From: a virus
Lineage: Duplodnaviria > Caudoviricetes
Length of the DNA stretch: 64,000 bases
Strand: one strand, 5' to 3'
IMG/VR virus record: IMGVR_UViG_3300014733_000004
Location: 1,182 to 65,181 of that record
Positions 46,283-57,400 of the stretch are shown here, in pieces. Both the position numbers and the translations under genes were made by a program. The notes beneath the pieces are model-generated. The model saw nothing but the letters and a program-made list of their open reading frames with translations, was not told the DNA's origin and did not search any database. Positions within the stretch are counted from its first letter, which is position 1; each line of letters opens with the position of its first letter.

Positions 46283-48391
46283 ATGCGAGGCTTTCAACCG
46301 GCGCATGGCGCCAAGACCAAGGGCGGGAGCCGGCCGAAATTCGCCAACGGCGGCCCTGTGCGCGGCCCGGGCACCGGCACGTCGGACGAGGTGCAGGACG
46401 AGGTGCCTGAGGGCACGTACATCATGCCGGCCGACAGCACCGAAACCCTGGGCGAGCAGCGGCTGGCCGATATGGGCCGGGATGTGCCCGTGAGCCTGAG
46501 CAATGGCGAGTTCAAGATGCCGCCCGAGCAGGTGCACGCCATCGGGGTGCAGGCCCTGGACCAGGTGAAGAATGCGACCCACACACCGGTGGGCTTCGCG
46601 CCTGGAGCGCGGGCCGCGCAGCAGGAGGTCGGTGAGCCCCGGATGTTCTTCGCCGACGGCGGCGTGGTGGACGAGGAGCGCAAGCGCGCGCCCCTCTCGC
46701 CCTCGAACATCTTCCCGCAGGGCCACCCCAGCGCGGGCGCCAGCGTCTACGGCAGCGGGCCCGAGTTCGGCAGCGGGGGCCAGTTCGCGCGCGTGCCCGA
46801 CACGATCGGGCAGCAGCCCGGGCGCACCGTCGCACCCGCGGCGCAGCCGGCAGCGCCGCAGGCGCAGGTTCAGCGATCGGAGGCGGACCGCCAGGCACTG
46901 GTGAGCCAGATCCCGACCGGCCGCGGCCTGCCCGCGGCTCCCATCGAACAGCTGCCGGCCGTCTCCACGGCGGCGCGCCCGCCGGCCACCGCCGGCGCAG
47001 GCCCGGACCTGGGCGCAGCCGCACGCAGCGCGGCGGGCTTCGTGGCGGGGGCATTCCCGAACACGGCCAACGCCATCCGCGAGAGCGCGGCCGACGCCCG
47101 GACGGCATACCAGCAGGCCGGCATGGGCGCGGCATTGGGTCAGTCGGCCCGGGTGGCAGCGACTCCGCTGATCGGGCTGGCCGACGACGTGGCCACGGGC
47201 GCGGCCAAGCTGCTGGACCCCGCCGCCCAGGCGCTCAAGACGTTCGTCACCGGGGACAGCACGCCCATCGGGCAGGATGCTGCTGCACCGACCCCAGCGC
47301 CAGCCGCGCCAACGCCCGCGCGGGCCGCGCCGGTCGCGCCGCAGGCCGGTGCCGCCCCCGCGCCCGGCGTCGCGGCCCCCGCGCCGGCCATGGGCAAGTC
47401 CGCTGCAGTGCCAGCGGTCGCGCCGGCCGACCCGGCGCAGGTCCAGCGCGTGGCCGGCATGCAAGGCGTCTTCCGCAGCGGCAACAGCTACTCCGACAGC
47501 GAAGCCGGCGCCGTGGCCGGTGCCGCGCCGCGCGGCCTGCCCTCGGCACGCAACATGGCCGCCGCCGATGCGCTGGCTGAACGCTCCCAGGCGGAATCGC
47601 TGGGTCGAGTTACCGCCGCGCGGGGCTTCACGCCAGGCTTCACCGGCGTCATCGGCCAGACCTCGGGCGTGGGCAACATGTGGAGCCGCAGCCCTGAGCA
47701 GCTGCAACGGGACGCAACCATTTCCGCAAGCTCCATCAGCAACCCCGCGGAGCTGCGGCGCTTCCTGGGTGTTCGGCAGGTGACGGACGGGAACCGGGCG
47801 CAGATTGCCCAGGCGAACAACCAGACGGCGCTGGCTCAGACCCAGATGCAGGGCGAAGTGCAGCGCGACCTTGCTGCGCTGCGCGAGCAGGGCGACATGG
47901 GGCGCGCTGTGATGCGGGAAGCAGGGGACACCGGCCGGACCGTCCTCCGCGAGAAGGGCGAAAACGGCCGCGCGGCCGCGCGCAACGCCGTGGACGAGCG
48001 CCGCGTAGGAGTCGAGGAGCAGGTGCGGGGCTTCGACATCCGCAAGGGCCAGCGCGAGGAGCGCCTGTACCAGCGGTACGGTGAGGCGAAGACCCCCGAG
48101 GCCCGCGCAGCCATCGCGCAGGAGATCCGCGACCTGTCCGGCAAGGCCACCAGCCCGAAGGACGACCTGATGTTGGTGGGCGGCGGCCAGGAGTGGGACA
48201 CCACGGCCAACGCCATGCGCAACGTGCCGCAGCGGGTGTTCGATGCCCGCACCCGCCAGTTCGTGGGCCAGGGCGGCCAGGCAGCGTTGCCGGCGCTGAA
48301 GGACAACCCGGCGGCCATGGCGATCGTGAATAACCAGGCGCTGTCCAAGGAGCAGCGCGCGGCCAGCCTGCGCCAACTCGGCTACAACTGA
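46283..48391 (+). CDS. Probable DNA ejection/internal virion protein (702 aa)
   Basis: AGGAGG SD; GGPVRGPGTGTSD motif; low-complexity A/P/Q/G body; precedes the giant protein. Confidence 0.65.
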   Translation: MRGFQPAHGAKTKGGSRPKFANGGPVRGPGTGTSDEVQDEVPEGTYIMPADSTETLGEQRLADMGRDVPVSLSNGEFKMPPEQVHAIGVQALDQVKNATHTPVGFAPGARAAQQEVGEPRMFFADGGVVDEERKRAPLSPSNIFPQGHPSAGASVYGSGPEFGSGGQFARVPDTIGQQPGRTVAPAAQPAAPQAQVQRSEADRQALVSQIPTGRGLPAAPIEQLPAVSTAARPPATAGAGPDLGAAARSAAGFVAGAFPNTANAIRESAADARTAYQQAGMGAALGQSARVAATPLIGLADDVATGAAKLLDPAAQALKTFVTGDSTPIGQDAAAPTPAPAAPTPARAAPVAPQAGAAPAPGVAAPAPAMGKSAAVPAVAPADPAQVQRVAGMQGVFRSGNSYSDSEAGAVAGAAPRGLPSARNMAAADALAERSQAESLGRVTAARGFTPGFTGVIGQTSGVGNMWSRSPEQLQRDATISASSISNPAELRRFLGVRQVTDGNRAQIAQANNQTALAQTQMQGEVQRDLAALREQGDMGRAVMREAGDTGRTVLREKGENGRAAARNAVDERRVGVEEQVRGFDIRKGQREERLYQRYGEAKTPEARAAIAQEIRDLSGKATSPKDDLMLVGGGQEWDTTANAMRNVPQRVFDARTRQFVGQGGQAALPALKDNPAAMAIVNNQALSKEQRAASLRQLGYN

Positions 48392-48399
48392 CCGGCCCC

Positions 48400-48437
48400 G
48401 CATAGGGTTCGACGGCGCGGCCATACCCGGGGAAAGT
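48400..48437 (+). promoter_or_regulatory. Late promoter motif copy (giant protein)
   Basis: GCATAGGGTTCGAC...GGGAAAGT; ATG 7 nt later, no SD. Confidence 0.75.
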
Positions 48438-48444
48438 CCCGGGC

Positions 48445-51400
48445 ATGAGCGAAATCGACTCCATCCTCAAGGGCGCACCCGAGTACAAGCCCGGCGCGCA
48501 GAGCACCAGCACCGCGCCCCCTGCAGCGCCGCCTTCCGAGATCGATGCTGCCCTGAGCGATGCGCCGACCACCGCGCGCGGGCTCAAGGGATGGGGCCAG
48601 GACATCGCGGCTACCGCGGTGAAAGGCGCCATCGCGGTTCCCGAGGCCGTGGTGGGCCTCGCGGACATCCCCACCGGCGGCCGGGTGGGCAAGTTCCTGG
48701 AGAACGAGGGCGGCGCCGTGGGGTTCCGCCCCAAGCAGGCGCGCGAGGCCGTCAACGAATGGCACTCCGACGCAACCCTGGAGGCACAGCGGAAATTCCA
48801 GGAAGCCGATGGCATCGTGGACAAGGCCGTGACGGCCGTGCAGAACCCCAGCCTGATCGCCACGGCCATCGGGGAATCGCTCCCCTCCATGGGCGCAGGC
48901 GGTGTCGCCGCCCGGGGGCTCCTGACGGCAACGCGCCTGGGGCAGCTGGGGGCCAAGGGCGCCGCGCTCGCCGGGGCTGCCGGGGAAGGTCTGACCATGG
49001 CCGGCTCGCAGGCCGAGCAGATCCGCCAGGAAACTCCGGATGGGCTGCTGACGCCGGGCCAGGCCGGGCTCGCCGCCGCCACCGGTGCTGTGGGGGGCGC
49101 ATTCGGTGCGGTGGGCGGCCGGATCGCGCAGCGCCTAGGCATCGGCGACGCCGAAACGATGCTGGCGCAGGGTCAGAGCGGCATGGCCCGCCAGTTCGCC
49201 GACGAGGCGGCAGGCGCCGCCGTGAACCCGCTGCAGCAGCAGGCCGTGAAGAGCATCCCGCGCCACGTGATCGAGGGCGCGATCGCCGAGGGCCTGCTGG
49301 AGGAGCTGCCGCAGTCCGTCGCCGAGCAGATCTTCCAGAACGTCGCCCTCGACAAGCCCTGGTACGACCAGGTGGACTCGGCCATCGTGCTGGGCACCCT
49401 GTCCGGTGGGGCGATGGGGGCTGGTGCTGCTGGCTACCATGCCGCGGCGCGGCCGCGCGCCGGCGCAGTCGGCGAGAGCGATCCCGCCGCGGCCCTACCC
49501 GCCGGCAACGAACCGGCGGCCGAGGCCCCGGCGCGCAATCCCGGCCTCGAGCGGGTCAGCCAGGCCTTCGCGGAGCAGCTGCGCATGCTGCAGGAGCAGG
49601 AGCAGGGCGAAGTGCTCGGGCCCCAGTCCACGCCGCCGGACGGTGCCGCCGCCCTGGCCGAGCAGCGCGCCACCGCAGAGGCGCAGCGCCAGGCCGACAT
49701 GGAGGCCTCGCGCGCGGTGGAGAGCCCAGACGACGAGATCTACCAGTCCACCGGCGCCGAGGTGCCGCGCTCCGTGCGCATGGGCATCAACCCCGCTGGC
49801 GGCCCGCTGTCCGCTGGCGCCGCCATGGCGGTGGACACCGGCGTGTCCGACCAGATGCAGCAGGCCGCCGCGCTGGCCCAGGCGGCCGAGGCCGCAGAGA
49901 AGGGCGGTAAGGCCCAGAAGCAGGAACAGCCAGAGCGGGCCCCGCAGGGCGCCGACCCGGAGACGGGCGAGATCCCTGGACCCGATGCGGTCGCCAACTG
50001 GAGCGACGCACAGCTGTCCGCGTCCTTCCGCAGCGCCCAGGGCCGCGACGTGCGCATCAAGCTGGCGCAGGAGCTGTCGCGCCGAAAGGCCGCCCGCGCC
50101 GCCGAGCACTCCCCCCCCGTGAAAGGAAGCACCGATGGCTACCAAACCCAGCCAGCAAGCCCCCCACCACCTGCAGGAGCAGCGCAGGCCCCGGCCGTCG
50201 CCGCTGCTGGCGCACCAGCGCAAGGGGCACTGAGCAATGCCGGCACCACGACTGCGGACCCTGGAGCGCAAGGAAAAACAGCGGCTGGCGCGAAAGCAGC
50301 GCCGGAAAGCGCGGACCAGCGCGCCCAGCGCATCGACGCCGCCGGCCAGACCTGGACCCGACTGCCTACCGTGCAGCGCCAGGTGGTGGCCGAGCAGCTG
50401 AAGGGGCTCAAGCCCGTCCTGCAGAAGAACCTCGCCGGCGCGAAATGGGACAACCTGAACGCCGATCTGAAGCGGAAGATCGCCGACCTGATCGCGCCCG
50501 CGCAGGAGGCCGCCGCCGCGCCGGCGCGAGCACGTGCAGCACCCGTCGCCATGGCGCGGGGCACCACGTTCCCGCCGCTGGACGCCCCGCCAGCGCCGGC
50601 TGCCGCCGCGGCGAGTGCGCCGCCGAAGGCTGCTGGCACCAGCGCCCGTCGGGCGCGCGCAGCTGCGGCTCCGGTATCAGCGCCTGCTATGGTGCAAGCC
50701 GCGGCGCAAGAGGCGGCCACCAGCCTGAGCAATGACCTGCCGGAGCCGACGGCGGCGCAGAAGGACGCAGGCAACTACAAGAAGGGCCACGTCAAGGTCA
50801 ACGGCCACGACATCAGCATCGAGAACCCCGCGGGCACGCGCCGCCGCCCCGAATGGCCGCCGCTGCAGAACCACTACGGGTACATCAAGGGTTCCAAGGG
50901 TGCGGACAAGGATCACGTCGACGTGTTCATGACCGACCGGGCGGAGGATGCCGGCCTGCCGGTATTCGTGGTCGACCAGGTGAACCGCGACGGATCTTTC
51001 GACGAGCACAAGGTGGTGATGGGTGCGGCCGACGAGGCCGAGGCTCGCAGCACCTACCTGGGGAACAACGAGAAGGGGTGGACGGGGCTCGGCGGGATCA
51101 CCCGGATGACGCAGGCCGAGTTCAAGGACTGGGTGCGTGACCCTGCCAGAACCGTGAAGCCCGCCGCGGCACCGGTGACCGGCGACGCGTTGCCCCCGGT
51201 GGCGACGGGGGAGGCCGGCCCAGCCCCCGCCAAGGATGCGGAACCAGCACAGGCATCAGCACCAGCGCTGCCGGTTGCGGAGAGCGGATCTTCTGCGCCC
51301 CCGGCGCCCCAGGCGCTGCCGGCTGCGGCGGAGACGGTGCCGCAACGCATGAAGCGCGTGAAGGCGGAAAAGGCCGCCGCGCCTGCAGCACCCGCCGCGG

Positions 51401-54400
51401 CGGGTGAAGCGAGCCCGGCAGCCAAGCCGAAGACCGTGCCCGAGAAGATGAAGGACGCGAAGGCCAAGCGCGAGAGCAAGGCCGTGCGCGAAGCGCGGGA
51501 GGCCGAGGAGCGCCGCGCCGCCTACTTCGCCCCTGGCAACGTTGTGCGGGGATACGGCGGCGGGTTCGATCGCGTGGTCAGCTACCAGCCGGCCGACACG
51601 GATGGGCGCTGGAGCGTCACCGTGCGCGAGGTGCAGAAGGACGGGAACGGCGCGTGGGCGGACAAGGCTGGCGCGGTCGACCGCACCCACGGGACCGAGC
51701 CCTCCAAGATGAACTATGCGGCGGGCCCGGCTGCCCGGATGAAGGTCGACCCCGCGCCGGCCGCGGCCGTTGCCGTCGAGCCCCTCGTTCCCGCCTCAGC
51801 CCCCGCCCTGGTGTTGGACGCGGGCACCAGGGAAGACGGCCTGGGTGCCGGTCGGATCACGGACTTCGGCGAGAAGATCGGCGGGGCACGCAAGGACCAG
51901 GCGACCAGGGCGCCCAAGGCGATAAAGCCGCGGTCCTCCGATGAGCGGCCCGCCTGGGCCCGCCGGTTCGAGATCAGCCAGATCGCGAAGAGCAGCCGCC
52001 TGGGCGAGGAGGGCCGTTGGGTCGTGCGCGATGCGCGCAGCCTCGATGCCTTCAAGCAGCCGCGCCGCGTGGGGGCGGAGACGTATGCGACGCGCGAGGA
52101 TGCGGAGCAGGCCGTGCCGCTGCTGGCCGTCTCTCAGAAGCACAGCCCTGTGCCTCTCCGGGGTGACGGCGCCGGGTACGAGATCTGGCGGGAGGTCAGC
52201 GACCGCAAGCGGGTGAAGGTGGTGGACCAGGTGTTCTCCACCCGCGACGCGGCGCTGGAGTACATGGCCAAGAACGCGCAGGCCATCATCGAGACGAACA
52301 CCACCTTCGGGGAGGCCGACCTTCCCCGGCCGCCGTCAGAAGAGCGCGTGGGCGTGCCGCGCCGTTCCGGAGATGCCCGCGACAGCGATTTCATGGACGT
52401 CTTCGGCTTCCGTGGCGTGGAGTTCGGAAACTGGAACAACCAGCAGGAGCGCCAGCAGCTGCTCAACGACGCCTACGACGGCCTGCTCGACCTCGCGGAG
52501 GTGATGGGCGTGCCGCCGCGAGCGATCAGCCTGAATGGCGACCTCGCCCTGGCATTCGGGGCTCGCGGCCACGGGTTGAGCAGCGCCCGCGCGCACTACG
52601 AACCCGCGAAGGCGGTCATCAACCTGACGAAGATGAACGGCGCGGGCTCGCTGGCGCACGAGTGGTTCCATGCACTGGATCACTATTTCGGCCGGCAGGA
52701 TGGAAAGGCACCCGCGGAATGGGTGGTGGGCAAGGACGGCACCCGCTCCCTGGAGATCAACGACGCTGCGGAGAGCAACATGGTCAGCGGCGGCACGCGA
52801 GGTGAGCGCTCCGCCATGCGGCCCCAGCTGCGCGAGGCCTTCGCGGACGTGATGCGCACCATCGCGCGCAAGGCGGAAGCCTACGTGGAGGACACGGCGC
52901 GGGCCGACCGGTTCGTCGCCTCCGCGCGTGAGGATGTGAGACGGCAGCTGAATTCGATCCGTGCGGACCTCGCGCGTGATCTGGACGCCAGGTACTACAA
53001 GCGGTTCAACAAGGCGGCTTCTGCGGATCAGCTGGCGGAATTCGATTCCGTGGCGGAGAAGATCCTGGCTGGCGAATTGCTGGACCTGCGGATCGAAACG
53101 AAGGGCAGCGCGCGGTCGATCGCCTCCGGCATGCGGTGGACGAATGACGCGCTCAACCGCATCAGCGCCGTCATCAAGGCCGTGCGCGGCCGGCAGGGCT
53201 TCTCGGCGGCGCAGGACGGGCCCCTCGACCGCATGGGCGGCCTCATGCGGAACTACAGCGCCCGGCTCAAGATGTTGGCCGACGCCCAGCAGGCGAACGA
53301 GAAGTCGCGCATGGTGCCCACCGACTTCGTGATGAGCGCGAAGGAACTGGACCAGGGGCGCGGCCAGGACTACTGGACCCGCCCGCACGAACTGGCGGCC
53401 CGAGCATTCCAGGGCTACGTGGAGGACAAGATCGCCGCCGGCGGCGGACGCAGCCCGTTCCTGAACTACGGGCCCGAGGGCGTGGCGATCCCCACACCCT
53501 GGGGCTTCAAACGTCCGTTCCCTGCGGGCGCCGAGCGGGTGGCGATCAATCAGGCACTGGAGCGGCTGGCTGCGACGATCCAGACCCGCGAGAGCGATTC
53601 CGGTGGCGTGGCGCTGTTCCGCCGCGGAGCGGAGGATGACCTGGGCGCCGGCATGGCGGCCGACCTCCTGCGCATCATGGGCAAGGGGGACGGTTTCTCG
53701 GCCGCGGCCCAGCGGCAGGCCGTGGACACGGTGCGCGCCACCGTCAACCCGATCGTGGCGGCTTGGCAGAACGCCCCGGAGGTGGTGGTGGCCTACGACC
53801 TGGACGACCCGGTCATCCCGCAGCGCGTGCGCGACGCCGACCTGCGCCAGCGCACCGGCGGTGCCCATGGGGCTCCGGAGGGCTTCTATTTCGGTGGCAA
53901 GGCGTACCTGATGGCCTCGCGCCTCACCACGCCGGCCGATGCCGCACGGGTGCTGTACCACGAGGTGGCCGGCCACCACGGCCTGCGGGGGCTCTTCGGG
54001 CCGGAGCTGGACAAGATCCTGAACCAGGTGGCCACCATGCGCCGCGCGGACGTGGACGCCAAGATGGCCGAGTACGGCATGCGTGGCGTGGACCGCATCA
54101 GCCGCATCCGGGCGGCGGAGGAGGTGCTGGCGGAGATGGCCGAGAAGAACCCGCAGCAGTCCTTCGTGCAGCGGGCCGTGGCCGCGATCCGCAACTTCCT
54201 GCGCGCGCACGTGCCCGGGTTCGGAAGCCTGCGCCTGCGTGACGCGGACATCATCCAGGCCTACATCCTGCCGGCGCGCAACTGGGTGGAACGGGCCGCC
54301 GCGGAGCGCGAGCGCGGAATGGGCTCGGCAGCCATGCAGTACAGCCTGGCGCAGGACGAAGCCCGGTCCGGGTTCGCGGCCGAGGTGCGTGCATCCATCA

Positions 54401-57400
54401 CCGCCGGCCTGAACAACGACGAACGTGCGCTGCGTGCCCAGGTGCCGCTCGGCATCGAGACGCCGGCAGCGTTGGAGGCGCTGGGCGTGGTGCGCAAGCC
54501 GGTGGTGACGAACCGCAACCTGATCGCCAAGATGCACTTCGAGCACGGCGTGCCGCGCGCGGAGCTGGAGCGGCTGGGGGAGTTGCTGTCGAACCCGGTG
54601 ATGGTGTTCAAGTCGGACACCCAGCCCGGGCGGATGGTGGTGGTGACCAGCCTGGTGGTGCGCGGAAACCCGGTGGTGGTGGCCGTCGACCCGAACGGCG
54701 CTAGCAACCGGGCCGAGGTGGTCTATGTGCCCAGCGCCTACCCGAAGGACAACGCGGACCGGACGTTCACGCGCTGGATCCGGGACGGCCTGCTGCAGTT
54801 CGCGAACAAAAAAGAAAGCCGACACCTCGCCACGACGGCCAGGCTCCAATTGCCTGGGGTGGTACAGCGAGCTGCCGGCTTCCGCGCCGATTATAAAACC
54901 GAGGCCGATCTGCCGCAAACGGGGGACGGTCCGGATGTGATGTTCAGCCGCGAGCGCATCGCCGCGCTGAAGGAATCGGCCCTGGACCAGATCACGCAGA
55001 CGATGAGCCACCCCGGCCAGGTGTCGCTCTGGGACAAGACGATCGGCACGATGCGCAACCTGGCCGAGCGTGCGCCCGCGTTCAAGCCGGTGTTCGAGTC
55101 GGCCCAGCGCTTCATCGATGACGTGTCCATGCTGGGCAACGACGCGGCCGACATGGCCCCGCGCCTGCTGCCGCGCGTGGACAGCTGGCGAGACCTGACC
55201 AAGAAGCCGATCACGGCGGCGGACAACAAGGCCGTGGCCCGCCCGCTCTTCGAGGGCACCCTGATGTGGGCGCGCGACATCGACGGAACACCGGTGCTGC
55301 TGGACGACCTCACGGCCAAGTACCAGAACCTGCCGGCCGATCAGAAGGCCCAGCTGCTGCTGCGCGGCGGCCGGCTGGACCCGAAGATCCTGACCGCCTG
55401 GCAGGGCCTGCCGGTGGGCATGTACGAGGCCAACGTGAACACCAGCTTCAACAGCCGGGTGCTCAAGGCCGGCGTGGTGTGGAGCCAGCGGGAGCTGGAA
55501 ACCATGTTCGGGCTCGACGCCAACCAGGTGAGCCTCTACCAAGAGGGCCGGGCCGCCATCGACCGCTCCATCGACATGACCGCGCGCGCCGACATGCTGC
55601 GCAGCCTGGGCGATGAGTACGCGGGCATGCGCGACGCGGTGCTGGCGCAGGAAACCATGGACGACGCCGTGGAGCTGCTGACCCGCACGCTGATGGACGA
55701 CGCCCGCGACCGGCCCGAATGGTCCGAGCGGCTGATGGAACTCAACAACTCGGTGGTGAAGGCCCGGGAGAGGGCGCAGCAGCTGATGGACGAGGGCTAT
55801 GCCCCGCTGTCGCGGTTCGGCCGCTACACCGTGGACGTGGTGGACGCCGCGGGCGATCGCCAGTACTTCGGCATGTTCGAGACCAAGGGCGATTCCAACC
55901 GGATGAAGGCCGAGATGGAAAAGCAGTTCCCCGGCGCCACCGTCACCCAGGGGACCATGAGCCAGGACGCGTTCAAGCTGTTCGCGGGTGTGACGCCCGA
56001 GAGCCTGGAGATGTTCGGGAGCATGCTGGGGCTGGACGGCACGGGCGACGACCCGAAGGACAAGGCGTTCCAGGCCTACCTGCAGCTGGCCAAGAACAAC
56101 CACAGCGCGCTCAAGCGCCTGATCCATCGCAAGGGCATCGCGGGCTACAGCGAGGACGTGGGCCGCGTGCTGGCGGGCTTCGTCTACTCGAATGCCCGCC
56201 TGGGCGCTGGCGGCCTGAACGCCGGCACCATGGAGAGCGCGATCAACGCCATCCCGAAGGAGCAGGGCGAGCTGAAAGACTTGGCCATGGGGCTGCGCGA
56301 CTACATCGCGAATCCCCAGGAGGAGGGCCAGGCGGTGCGCGGCATGCTGTTCGCCCAGTACCTGGGGGGCTCGCTGGCTTCCGCGTTCGTGAATATGACC
56401 CAGCCCTTCGCCGTCACGCTGCCGTGGCTCACGCAGTTCGGCGGGATGAAGCGGGCCGGCGCGCAGATGGCGCGTGCGCTCAAGGACATGAGCCGCAAGG
56501 GCTTCGAGTACGAGCCCGATCTGGCCGCCGCGATGCAGTCCGCAGAGGAGGATGGTGTGGTGTCTCCCCAGGAGATCCACCAGCTGATGGCGCAGGCCCG
56601 CGGCACGGGGTCGCTGCGCACGGGCGACGGCACGAAGGCGGGGGACGCGCGCGCCGCGGCGGCCAACAACTGGGAGCGCGTGAAGGTGGCGTGGGGCCAG
56701 CCGTTCGCCCTGGCCGAGCAGTTCAACCGCCGCAGCACCTTCATCGCCGCCTACCGGATCGCCAAGGAGCAGGGGATGGCCGAGCCGTCCAACTTCGCCC
56801 GCAAGGCCGTGCTCGAAACCCAGTTCCTCTACTCCAAGGCCAACAAGATGCGCTTCGCGCGCGGCGCGGTGGGCGGCACGCTGATGACCTTCAAGACCTA
56901 CAGCGTGTCCTACCTGGAGCTGATGCACCGCATGTGGACGCAGGGCGGGCCAGAGGGGAAGCGGGCCGTGGGCTGGGCCGTCGCCATGCTGCTGCTGATG
57001 TCGGGCGCGGGCGGCCTGCCGTTCATGGAGGATGCCGAGGATCTGATCGACGGCGCCGGCCAGCTCATGGGCTACAACCTGAGCGCCAAGCAGTGGCGCA
57101 AGCAGGCGCTGCGCGACGTGGTGGGGAAGGAGGTGGCCGACTTCCTGGAGCAGGGGCTGTCCGGGCTGCCGGGCGCGCCCGTCGATGTCTCGGGCCGGCT
57201 CGGAATGGGCAACCTGCTGCCCGGCACCGGCCTGTTCCTGTCGAAGCAGAACCGCGAGCGCGACCTGCTGGAGGTGGCCGGCCCGGCCGGTGACGTGGTG
57301 GCCCGGGGCTTCACCGCCGTGCGCAAGGGGCTGACCGGCGACGTGGGCGGCGCGGCGCTCGAGCTGTCCCCCACCGCGGTGCGCAACGCGGTCAAGGGCA